Shown here piece after piece: positions 1-8,071 of a stretch of 56,079 nt of DNA (its first letter is position 1; each line of letters begins with the position of its first letter). The notes below the pieces were generated by a model that was not told the DNA's origin, did not search any database, and was given only the letters and a program-made list of their open reading frames with translations. The position numbers and the translations under genes are program-made. The DNA is from Bacteriovoracaceae bacterium (GTDB taxonomy: Bacteria > Bdellovibrionota > UBA2394): assembly GCA_040381435.1 (NCBI GenBank), contig JBEIHI010000001.1:1-56079 (forward strand). Direction: 5' to 3'.

Positions 1-75
1 AGGCTTAGCTTTTTTCGCTTTCGCCGTTGTTTTTTTAGCTTTCGCTTTTGCTTTTACTTTCTTTTTTGTCGCCAT
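1..75 (-). CDS. N-terminus of a Lys/Ala-rich basic protein (histone H1-like / nucleoid-associated type); partial, runs off the window
   Basis: Reverse strand reads AAGGAGATGTTT-ATG then MATKKKVKAKAKAKKTTAKAKKAKP. A strong SD sits 6 nt upstream of the ATG at 75-73. Confidence 0.4.
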   Translation of the reverse strand, partial: MATKKKVKAKAKAKKTTAKAKKAKP

Positions 76-152
76 AAACATCTCCTTAAAAATTAACCGT
101 TGTTAGATCTGCATCCCCTGAGGATGTAACGAAAATACTGCCCGAATTCCCC

Positions 153-809
153 TCAGAGCACAAAGAAGTTTTTTGCATCCATCCCCTCGAGAAGTGACCA
201 CTCCATCGACTCCCCACTCGAGGGATGACGGACTGAGAGATAGATGGATCTCAGCTGAATGGACGGACCCTCCTCTGAACGTCGCCCGTAGACATGATCG
301 CCAACAATGGAATGCCCAATCTTGGCCAGCTGAGTGCGTATCTGATGCGTTCTACCAGTCTTCAAATCAACCAAGATCTCTGTGACCTTATCGTGACGCT
401 CCAGCACCCGATACTGCAGCTCAGCCCTCTTCGCCCCCGGAGTTTCTCTCGGATAGACCGTCACCTTCTTGGTCTTGGGGTTTTTCGATAAAAAGTGAAC
501 CAGGGTGTCTGAGTCTCGAAAGATCCTCCCCTGCACCTTGGCCCAGTAAATTTTTCGGACGAGGCGCTGCTTGAACTGGTCACTCAGGGCCCTTGCCGAG
601 GCCTCAGACTTTCCAAAAATCATGAGTCCTAAGACCTCTCGATCCAAACGATGAACAGCAAAAATCTTCTGACCCAAGGCTCGGGCCATAAACTCGTCGA
701 TACCCTCCTGCTGACCCGAATCCGCGCGCTGAGAAAGAAAGGGTCGCAACTTCTCAATCACGACAATATCGGAGTCCTCAAAGACAATTCTGAAAATTTG
801 TGATTGCAT
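153..809 (-). CDS. RluA-family pseudouridine synthase
   Basis: 218 aa ORF with the HRLDREVLGLMIFGKS catalytic-Asp motif and the N-terminal IVFEDSDIVVIEK pattern typical of RluA/RluD enzymes. Confidence 0.85.
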   Translation of the reverse strand: MQSQIFRIVFEDSDIVVIEKLRPFLSQRADSGQQEGIDEFMARALGQKIFAVHRLDREVLGLMIFGKSEASARALSDQFKQRLVRKIYWAKVQGRIFRDSDTLVHFLSKNPKTKKVTVYPRETPGAKRAELQYRVLERHDKVTEILVDLKTGRTHQIRTQLAKIGHSIVGDHVYGRRSEEGPSIQLRSIYLSVRHPSSGESMEWSLLEGMDAKNFFVL

Positions 810-1547
810 ACGAGTGTGCGAACAGCCTTCCTAACAGTGACCCTGGCTACCATGTCTTTCTACCTGGCGCAAACGCTTAGCTCAGTCTCCGCTCAGGAGG
901 AACCGATCCGTTTCGGATCTCTCAAGGTCTTTATCAAAGCAAAAGGATTGACCCCCCCAAGCCCGCTCTCGGTTCAAATGGACCGAGCAGTCTGCGGGGA
1001 AACCCATCTTCCCTCCAGCGTGATTCTGGGTCCTAAGGGTGAACTCGCAAACGCCGTCGTCTGGGTTGAGGGTGAACGTGTTCTGGGTTGGCCCGAGCGA
1101 GCGGCAGAAGAATCACGGACGATCACCATGGAGAAATGCGAGTTCAGCCCTCGCATTGTGATATCGCCCCCAAAAGGACGAGTTGTGTTTCTGAATAAAG
1201 ATCCCATTCTCCACACCATCCGGGCGCACGGTCAAAAGAACTTCCCGATTTTTCGGTCCCATCCCCCCAACCTTCTCGAAACTTTTGTCAGATTTGATCA
1301 GGCCGAGATTGTTCCCATGATTTGCGACCTCCATCCCTGGATGAAGGCCTATGCCGTCATCGCCCCCCACCAAAACTACGCCGCTACTGACGAACGCGGA
1401 CGAGCTCTGATTCAGAGAATTCCCCATGGCCAATTCAAAGTGAAACTTTGGCATGAAGTTTTAGGAACGAAAGAGTTGGAAACTGAGGTTGTGATTGATC
1501 GGGACTCTAAGGAACTGAACTTTACCTGGGATTCGACTCAGCCCTAG
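804..1547 (+). CDS. Secreted cupredoxin-fold (plastocyanin-like) protein
   Basis: Signal-peptide-like N-terminus ending SVSA-QE. C-terminal CDLHPWM plus upstream LHTIRAHG resembles a type-1 Cu ligand set. WHEVLG tail. The start is uncertain: TTG at 804 or GTG at 816. Confidence 0.6.
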   Translation: MHTSVRTAFLTVTLATMSFYLAQTLSSVSAQEEPIRFGSLKVFIKAKGLTPPSPLSVQMDRAVCGETHLPSSVILGPKGELANAVVWVEGERVLGWPERAAEESRTITMEKCEFSPRIVISPPKGRVVFLNKDPILHTIRAHGQKNFPIFRSHPPNLLETFVRFDQAEIVPMICDLHPWMKAYAVIAPHQNYAATDERGRALIQRIPHGQFKVKLWHEVLGTKELETEVVIDRDSKELNFTWDSTQP

Positions 1548-1756
1548 CAAACTCGACGAGCTGATTTATCACTGCTCACGTTTCGAAGAAATTTTAGAGA
1601 CTCCGCTCGCGTCTCATCTAAAGTCACTTTGCCTGAGCAAAAATCTCGACGACATTTGAAACGAACGCCCTTTAAGTCTTCGCCTTTTGCCTGAGCCTCA
1701 TAGGTCTCGTTACACGAATCACAAATGCCGAAGAAGAATCGTTTTGCATTGCTCAT
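1544..1756 (-). CDS. Small zinc-ribbon protein (70 aa)
   Basis: AAGGGAGA SD lies 6 nt before the ATG at 1756. Cys pairs: CDSC ... C-x6-C (FGICDSCNE ... KCRRDFCSGK). Confidence 0.55.
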   Translation of the reverse strand: MSNAKRFFFGICDSCNETYEAQAKGEDLKGVRFKCRRDFCSGKVTLDETRAESLKFLRNVSSDKSARRVC

Positions 1757-1851
1757 AGCCAGTCTCCCTTCTTCATTATAGGTCGAACTAAAATCGCTGA
1801 AACCCCTGCACAGCATTGGCCGCCATGAGCAAAAACGCTATGATGTCAGCG

Positions 1852-2151
1852 ATGCCGCGCGTGAAGATGAGAATGACGCATGCCCAGAAAACAGACGAGA
1901 TCGATGCTCCCAAGAAGTCCAACTTGCTTAAGCTCTTGCAAAGCAAAGGGATTTCCGTTGGAAGCGCATGCGGCGGAATGGGAATCTGTGCGAGCTGCAA
2001 AGTGACAGTGATTCAGGGCGCTAGCCATTTGAGCCCTCCGAATGAAATTGAAGAGGATTTGGCTGAGCGCAACAACCTTCAGCGAAATGAACGGATCTCA
2101 TGTCAAACAGAGGTCTTGGGCGATATTGAAATCACGACAGGTTATTGGTGA
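1852..2151 (+). CDS. 2Fe-2S ferredoxin
   Basis: CGGMGICASCKV ... ISCQ cluster-binding Cys pattern. The MPRVKMRM start is chosen by analogy to plant-type/[2Fe-2S] ferredoxins. The ORF stays open up to 1816/1825, so the start is uncertain. Confidence 0.7.
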   Translation: MPRVKMRMTHAQKTDEIDAPKKSNLLKLLQSKGISVGSACGGMGICASCKVTVIQGASHLSPPNEIEEDLAERNNLQRNERISCQTEVLGDIEITTGYW

Positions 2152-2164
2152 AAGGAATAAGAAA

Positions 2165-2653
2165 ATGAAAAAACCCGCTGCGAAACCAGCATCAGAATCT
2201 TTGGTTGAAATGACGAACTTAGTTTTGCCTTCTCATACCAATGCTTTGGGTACTATTTTTGGGGGCGTCATCATGAGCTGGATTGATGTCACAGCAGCGA
2301 TTTGTGCTGGACGCCACGCTCGAAAATCCGTGGTCACAGCCAGTGTTGATGCTCTTCATTTTTTGAACCCTGCAAAGCTAGGACATGTTGTGATTCTTAA
2401 AGGTCGAGTGATTTTCACAGGAAAAACATCCCTGGTGGTTCGCGTCGATGCCGTTACGGAAGATGCCCTCACAGGTATTCAGAATCAGTGCGTCACGGCG
2501 GATTTGAGCTTTGTTGCCCTCGACAAAGCAGGCAAGCCCTCAGCTGTACCGCCCCTACAGATCAAGAATCGAACGGAGCAAAAAATTTATGACTTTGCAG
2601 CACAGCGTCGTAAAGTGCTCCTCGAGCAGCTTAAGGCGTTAAAGAACACATAA
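2165..2653 (+). CDS. Acyl-CoA thioesterase (hotdog fold, YciA-like)
   Basis: The LPSHTNALGTIFGGVIMSWIDV motif is typical of acyl-CoA hydrolases. AAGGA SD lies upstream of the ATG at 2165. Confidence 0.85.
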   Translation: MKKPAAKPASESLVEMTNLVLPSHTNALGTIFGGVIMSWIDVTAAICAGRHARKSVVTASVDALHFLNPAKLGHVVILKGRVIFTGKTSLVVRVDAVTEDALTGIQNQCVTADLSFVALDKAGKPSAVPPLQIKNRTEQKIYDFAAQRRKVLLEQLKALKNT

Positions 2654-2688
2654 AGCCAACTTTCATGTTAAACTAGGGTGTCTGTTTT

Positions 2689-4638
2689 ATGGTGGTGTCT
2701 TGTCCTAAATGCTCATCTCGGTATCAGCTTTCCGACGAAAAGATTCGTAGCGCCGGAACGAAGGTTCGCTGCCCTCGCTGTCAAAATACCTTTAAGGTCT
2801 TTCCTGAAAATCAGGCCAAGACAGAAGATGAAGTTGAAAAAACCGAGTTGTCGCTTCCACGACACGACTTTTTGAAAAAGCAACCGGCGCCGAAAGCTCC
2901 TCCGCCTCCAGCCCCTGCTCAATCCAAAGAGGATGTTGAAACAGGCATTCGAGCTCACAAACCTGCCGCTAGCGCTCCCGAGACCATGCGATCATCGAAA
3001 TCTCGGGAACCTTCGCCCTTTAAGCGTCCCCAGCAATCCGCAGATCCGTTTGATCAATCAAACTGGGAGGACTTTGACTCCTCCGATGAACGAAGAACGA
3101 CATCGAATACACGCTCAACTGTTGGGCAGAAGACAGTTTCAGCCGAATCATCTAGCGATGACCGCTTAGAGGCCACAGCGAAGGCATCTGCCGACTCAAG
3201 TGAGCCTAAACCATTTGGAGATGCGACCTTTCTCGCCATTCAAAAAATGGGGGGGGCCAAAGAAGGCCGAAAAAAGACTCTCGTTGCCGTCTCCTTTGGA
3301 CTCCTCGCCGTCAGCCTGGCCGCTTTCTTCCTGCTCGCACCCCAAACCAGAGCTCCCTTGGAAGTCACTAGAGAAGAATCTCAGAACGTGGCTATCAAGT
3401 TGAATCGACCAGCCAACTGGTATCAAGACAGCCCTTCAGTCTTTCAAAAATTTTTAGGTCAAATGGCGACTCTCCCTAAGGCAGAACAAGATAAGCCCGA
3501 GACAAAAGCCCTCATTGCGGAAGCTCTTGTTCTCAATGGAATTGTCACGGGAGCTTATGATCAAGTTGCTCAGGGAACGGCCATTGCTTCAGATCTTATC
3601 ACTGCCTATCCAGCATCAGCTTACGGCTTTTATGCGAGAGCAGCCTATGCCATCTACAAAGACGACTCCAGTGGCCTTTCAACCCTGTCGAGTAACTGGC
3701 CAAAAAGCAATCAGATGGATCCTGAGTATCTTCTCATCAACCTGATGGTCCTTGCGAAGAGCGGACAGCGCTCGACCGCGCTAACGATTGCGAAGGAATT
3801 GACGGAGCGACTTCCCGAATTTCAGCGAGCCCAGTATGTGGCGCTCAGCATCGCCCTGGATTCCTTCAAAGAGGCTGAATCCGTTCTCGGTGATAAGAAA
3901 ATCGGCGCGCTTACAAAAGCTTTCACGAAAGCCAAAGAAAATCTTCAATCCAACGGAGCTCCCCTTCCCGATCTCTTCAATAACATCGACAAGAAAATGC
4001 TCAGAAGGAACTCCGCAATGACGGCATCAAAGCCCGTGGAAAGGTCACAGCCTGCGCAAAAGACACCTGAGGTCAAGGCCGAGCCAAAGGCTCCCAAGGT
4101 AGCCGATAAGAAGAAGGACGATTCCTTGACCAAATCGCTTAACGAAAAGGCTCAAAAGCAGCTCACAGCCAAGAAAGATGTGGAAAAAGCAGCGGAAGTA
4201 CCCCCAACTCCTAAAGAGGAATCGGTTGAAACTCCAAAGGCTGAGCCCATTGTAGAAAAGGCTGCGGCCGAGAAAACCGTGGCCGAAAAACCCACCGCCA
4301 AAACTCCTGCCAAGACAAGCAACAAACTTCCGCCTCCCGACTCAGAGCTAGTTGCCTCCAACAAACAGGCACGAAAAGAGGAATCTGAGGCAGGGAAACT
4401 CTTTCAAATGGGGCTGACGCAGATTGAACAAGGCCGAACAGATGAGGCGATTATGAGCTTTCAAAAATCTCTTCGCTTTGACCCCGACTATGCGGAATCG
4501 TACCGAAAACTCGGGGAGATCTACATGAAAAAGGACGAACGAGATAAGGCCCTGAGATCGCTCAAAATCTATTTGAGACTTCGACCGGACTCATCCGATC
4601 GTCAAGTTGTCCAAGGCTGGATCTCCTCTCTCGAATAA
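2689..4638 (+). CDS. MJ0042-type zinc-ribbon protein with one TM segment, periplasmic/helical repeat region, K/A/P/E-rich low-complexity linker and C-terminal TPR
   Basis: N-terminus is MVVSCPKCSSRYQLSDEKIRSAGTKVRCPRCQNTFKV (MJ0042 finger). TM segment is LVAVSFGLLAVSLAAFFLLA. C-terminus has a TPR-like GRTDEAIMSFQKSLRFDPDYAESYRKLGEIY. Confidence 0.8.
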   Translation: MVVSCPKCSSRYQLSDEKIRSAGTKVRCPRCQNTFKVFPENQAKTEDEVEKTELSLPRHDFLKKQPAPKAPPPPAPAQSKEDVETGIRAHKPAASAPETMRSSKSREPSPFKRPQQSADPFDQSNWEDFDSSDERRTTSNTRSTVGQKTVSAESSSDDRLEATAKASADSSEPKPFGDATFLAIQKMGGAKEGRKKTLVAVSFGLLAVSLAAFFLLAPQTRAPLEVTREESQNVAIKLNRPANWYQDSPSVFQKFLGQMATLPKAEQDKPETKALIAEALVLNGIVTGAYDQVAQGTAIASDLITAYPASAYGFYARAAYAIYKDDSSGLSTLSSNWPKSNQMDPEYLLINLMVLAKSGQRSTALTIAKELTERLPEFQRAQYVALSIALDSFKEAESVLGDKKIGALTKAFTKAKENLQSNGAPLPDLFNNIDKKMLRRNSAMTASKPVERSQPAQKTPEVKAEPKAPKVADKKKDDSLTKSLNEKAQKQLTAKKDVEKAAEVPPTPKEESVETPKAEPIVEKAAAEKTVAEKPTAKTPAKTSNKLPPPDSELVASNKQARKEESEAGKLFQMGLTQIEQGRTDEAIMSFQKSLRFDPDYAESYRKLGEIYMKKDERDKALRSLKIYLRLRPDSSDRQVVQGWISSLE

Positions 4639-4655
4639 GCATACAATAGAGTCAG

Positions 4656-5759
4656 ATGCGCAATTGGAAGCAAATCGCAAAACTCTTTGTGATTGGCGTG
4701 AAGGACTTCAACTACTCTCAGGAACTACGATCCTTCCTCAAAGATTTTCCTGTCAGTGGCGTAGCACTCTTTAACTCGCCCTTCGACTCCCCAGACAATG
4801 TTTGGAACAATCGGGATGCCTCTCTTGAGGCCACCTTTGAATTCAATCAAAAGATTTTGAATGATGTCCATTTTATCTCAGCCGATCAGGAAGGTGGTCG
4901 AGTGCGCAGACTACGCGGCGCCTTTCTTCATCTGCCTGCCGCTCAAGCTTTGGCGATGGCTTGCGAAAGCCCCAGCAGTCAGCAGAAAGCTTTTGAGCTT
5001 TACCATCTCGCCGCTAAACAGATGACTCTCGCAGGCATTCAGCTCAATTTCGCCCCTGTCTGTGATCTGCAAACCAAGGAATCTCACAATGTCATCGGTG
5101 ATCGCAGCTATGGATCAGACCCTCAGACAGTCATCGATTGGGCTCAGAGATTCTGTCAGGCGTTTCGAAGTGGCGGAGTTCTGACCACACTCAAGCATTT
5201 CCCAGGGCATGGCCCGAGCACAATGGACTCCCATGAACGAGCCGCTCTCATCGAGAAACCTCTCGATGAGTACTGGCGAGAGGATGTGAATATTTTTCAT
5301 CAGCTGATGTCCTCTGCGAATCTCCTCATGACGGGACATTTGTCTTTTCCCGAAAATCCCGAGCAAATTCTCTCGATGAGTTCTCAAATGATTGAGGGCT
5401 TTCTCAAAAATTCTCCGCAGCGACTACCGCTGATCACGGATGATTTACTCAGCATGAAAGCGGTCTCTCATCTTAAGCCCTGGATTCGCGCCTTTAATGC
5501 CCCCTATCGGTTTATTCTCCTCTGTGGCGATCTCCAAAAAAGTTTTCAAGCGATTGAGGAAACAATACGCCATGCTGAGGAATCCGTAACAATATGTGCC
5601 CATCAACAAGATCTTGAGAAGCGCATTCATCAATCCGAGCAGTTTCTGAAAACTGAGCGCTCGACCCTCAGCTTTGAAAAATGGAAGTCCGAGATTTTAA
5701 GTTATGAAAACCAAGGTAATGAGATTCTGCACCAGTTAGGGCTGGGACATCATGCTTAA
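4656..5759 (+). CDS. nagZ: Beta-N-acetylhexosaminidase, glycoside hydrolase family 3
   Basis: KHFPGHG motif, DQEGGRV and VIGDRSYG segments characteristic of GH3 NagZ. Confidence 0.8.
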   Translation: MRNWKQIAKLFVIGVKDFNYSQELRSFLKDFPVSGVALFNSPFDSPDNVWNNRDASLEATFEFNQKILNDVHFISADQEGGRVRRLRGAFLHLPAAQALAMACESPSSQQKAFELYHLAAKQMTLAGIQLNFAPVCDLQTKESHNVIGDRSYGSDPQTVIDWAQRFCQAFRSGGVLTTLKHFPGHGPSTMDSHERAALIEKPLDEYWREDVNIFHQLMSSANLLMTGHLSFPENPEQILSMSSQMIEGFLKNSPQRLPLITDDLLSMKAVSHLKPWIRAFNAPYRFILLCGDLQKSFQAIEETIRHAEESVTICAHQQDLEKRIHQSEQFLKTERSTLSFEKWKSEILSYENQGNEILHQLGLGHHA

Positions 5760-6438
5760 GCTGGCCGTCACTTTTGATTTTCATGAACAACTGGGATTCT
5801 TTCTCAAAAACGATTTGATTCGTCGGCTATCGGATCTTGGCGTCTCGATTATTCCTCTCTTCTACAATCAATCGGAGCTAAGCAAGGCCTCCGCTGCCGA
5901 TGGTGTTTTGATTCCCGGTGGGCTCTCTGATATTGATCCTTTTGCCTATGGCGAGAAGACCTTGCATCCGAGGACGAAAGTTTTGAGAAATCGCTACGAA
6001 TTCGAGCAACGTCTTTTGGACCAAGAGCTGAAGACCAAGAAGCCCATCTTGTGCATTTGTTGGGGAATGCAAATGGCCAATGTCTACTTTGGCGGCTCAC
6101 TCATTCAACACATCCCCGATGAACGTCCCTCTTCGATTTCACACGAGCAAAAAGAGGCACCACATCTACCGACTCATCATGTTCAGCTTGTCAAAGGAAG
6201 CCCAGCCATTGATCTCTGGGGAACTGATCGCCTCCACGTCAACTCAACTCACCACCAAGGCGTGGATCGAATTGGGAATGACCTTCTGATTGAAGGACAT
6301 AGCGAAGATCAGCTCGTGGAATGTTTACGCTTGAAGGATCATCCCTACTTTTGGGCAGTTCAATGGCATCCCGAACGCCTTGAAGACGATCCGGTCATTC
6401 CATCGTTTTTAGCGGCCTGTCGTTCAAAGCCTCACTGA
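5752..6438 (+). CDS. Class I glutamine amidotransferase-like / peptidase C26 gamma-glutamyl hydrolase (PuuD-like)
   Basis: Nucleophile-elbow ICWGMQ and the QWHPE His/Glu motif. The start overlaps the nagZ stop by 8 nt. Confidence 0.85.
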   Translation: MLKLAVTFDFHEQLGFFLKNDLIRRLSDLGVSIIPLFYNQSELSKASAADGVLIPGGLSDIDPFAYGEKTLHPRTKVLRNRYEFEQRLLDQELKTKKPILCICWGMQMANVYFGGSLIQHIPDERPSSISHEQKEAPHLPTHHVQLVKGSPAIDLWGTDRLHVNSTHHQGVDRIGNDLLIEGHSEDQLVECLRLKDHPYFWAVQWHPERLEDDPVIPSFLAACRSKPH

Positions 6439-6647
6439 TGAATAAGCCGTCTTGCACTAATATCCATGAAGGATGCATTTTGTCGCTCTAGTAGAGCCAC
6501 TTTCTGTTGAAGTTGCTGCACCTGATTCTCAAGCTCTTCTCTCTGATGCCTCAAAACCATCACAGCACTGACGAGGAAATTCGAGCCTCGTACGGGCATA
6601 TCACTATCATCCATCGCTTCCCGATCTAAATCTCTCTGCATACTCAT
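6432..6647 (-). CDS. Small coiled-coil protein of unknown function (71 aa)
   Basis: GGGAGG SD lies 6 nt before the ATG at 6647. Heptad-like REELENQVQQLQQKVALLERQ. No family recognised. Confidence 0.4.
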   Translation of the reverse strand: MSMQRDLDREAMDDSDMPVRGSNFLVSAVMVLRHQREELENQVQQLQQKVALLERQNASFMDISARRLIHQ

Positions 6648-6789
6648 CGAAACCTCCCAGAGCATTAAAAGTGCAAACGGCAGGCCACGACAAAAGCCCC
6701 TACCAAGCGGACTCCGCCACATTCCCGGGTATGATCAGTCAGTGTTTTGACAGGTTCGGGGCGTCAAAACGCCAAGGGGACGTCGGTCT

Positions 6790-7395
6790 TTAAAAGCTGG
6801 TTCTTAGCTTCTCGCTTCTAGTCCTAAGAAAGAAATGACGAAATGAAGCCCGACAGTCTTCATGAGTGTTTGATTTCAAAAGAACGCTACGAACAAAATT
6901 TTTGGCGATTTCATGGGCCTCTTCGTAGCGAGAACGCTCTTGCTGATTAACCCATTCACCAAGGCGGCAACTACCAAACATGAGATCATAGATTTGATCT
7001 CTCATGATGGACTCATTTCGTTCGTGAAGCCAATCCAGCACAACAGCGAACTTGTCGACCTCCCCTTGGATTTCGAGTTCAAGCTGAGAAAGAGGTCTGT
7101 TCATGAGAGCGCCCGAGCAAAAGGTATTGAAGTGACTCAGCTCCTCAATAACAATGGAAAGTTCTGGAAGATTTTTTAGCTCAAAGTCATGAGGAAGACG
7201 AAGATGGGAGTTCTTCTCAAGGATCTCTTCATCAATGCAAACCAGTAGCTCCGCATCCTCACCCGACTCGCGAACCACAAGGGCGTTTTGCTGCTTCGTC
7301 GGGCAAAGAAAATCAGTAATTAGATACTCGTGCTCAAACTGATTGATCGACTGAAGCCGCCTCTGAATTTGATTCAAGAAATCAAAGTACTTCAT
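6790..7395 (-). CDS. Hypothetical protein (201 aa), second gene of an unknown operon
   Basis: Long ORF whose ATG at 7395 lies 4 nt after the stop of the upstream ORF. No motif recognised. Confidence 0.6.
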   Translation of the reverse strand: MKYFDFLNQIQRRLQSINQFEHEYLITDFLCPTKQQNALVVRESGEDAELLVCIDEEILEKNSHLRLPHDFELKNLPELSIVIEELSHFNTFCSGALMNRPLSQLELEIQGEVDKFAVVLDWLHERNESIMRDQIYDLMFGSCRLGEWVNQQERSRYEEAHEIAKNFVRSVLLKSNTHEDCRASFRHFFLRTRSEKLRTSF

Positions 7396-7399
7396 CGCT

Positions 7400-7981
7400 C
7401 TACCGCCTTCTTTGAATGGGAATGACTCCAACGCCTCGCAGTCGCTCCAAAGCTCTTGGGGAGCCTGTCTCCAGATACATCTCTAGCAATCGGAGAGTAG
7501 ATGCCGATTTGCTCTGAGTGCTTTCTGAAACTTCATTGATCAAAAGACTGAGTTTTGAAAACTCATGGCTCAGTTCTCGAAATATATTTTGAGGTTCACG
7601 TAAGGCATGAAGCTGATTGTAAGCAAGCTCGCCCATTCGCTGATAGTAATCCAAATTGACGGACCTTCGATTGAGCGCCTCAGGAAAAAAACCGCTCACC
7701 ATGAGAGAAGTATCCCCCATTTGCTGCAAAAGAATGACTCTGCGATAGAAATCAGCTTCGAGTGCCTCAGACAAAATATCCGCCAAAATCGGAACTCGCA
7801 CACCCGACTGAAAGAAGAGCTTGGCAGTCTCCTGGAACGAAACAAGGACTTGAGTCACGTAAGACTTCGTGAGTGGCGATAGATGATAGTGCTGATTTTG
7901 AGCAGCATCTTCCAGCAGCACAGAAAAATAGTCGCTGAGGCTGCCTTCCACCAGACTGGTCTCATGGGGACCGTTGGACAA
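7400..7981 (-). CDS. Hypothetical all-helical protein (193 aa), first gene of an unknown operon
   Basis: TTG start preceded by a very strong SD, GAGGAGGAGGA, at 5-6 nt. No motif recognised. Confidence 0.65.
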   Translation of the reverse strand: MSNGPHETSLVEGSLSDYFSVLLEDAAQNQHYHLSPLTKSYVTQVLVSFQETAKLFFQSGVRVPILADILSEALEADFYRRVILLQQMGDTSLMVSGFFPEALNRRSVNLDYYQRMGELAYNQLHALREPQNIFRELSHEFSKLSLLINEVSESTQSKSASTLRLLEMYLETGSPRALERLRGVGVIPIQRRR

Positions 7982-8003
7982 CGAATCCTCCTCCTCAGCC
8001 TCA

Positions 8004-8012
8004 ATTATAACA
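8004..8012 (-). promoter_or_regulatory. Candidate extended -10 promoter element (TGTTATAAT) for the 7981-6790 operon
   Basis: Minus strand reads TGTTATAAT, a perfect TGnTATAAT, about 22 nt upstream of the TTG start. No convincing -35. Confidence 0.3.
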
Positions 8013-8071
8013 TTGATCCCAAGAGGGCGTTAAAGCCCCCCAGAAGGCTCCCCTAGAAAGACAGCGACCGA

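Noticed and set aside
6742-6772. 10-bp inverted repeat GTGTTTTGAC-N11-GTCAAAACGC after the 201-aa ORF, considered as a terminator.
   Set aside because: There is no U-tract on the minus strand after the stem. It may be a processing or protein-binding site, but I cannot call it a rho-independent terminator.
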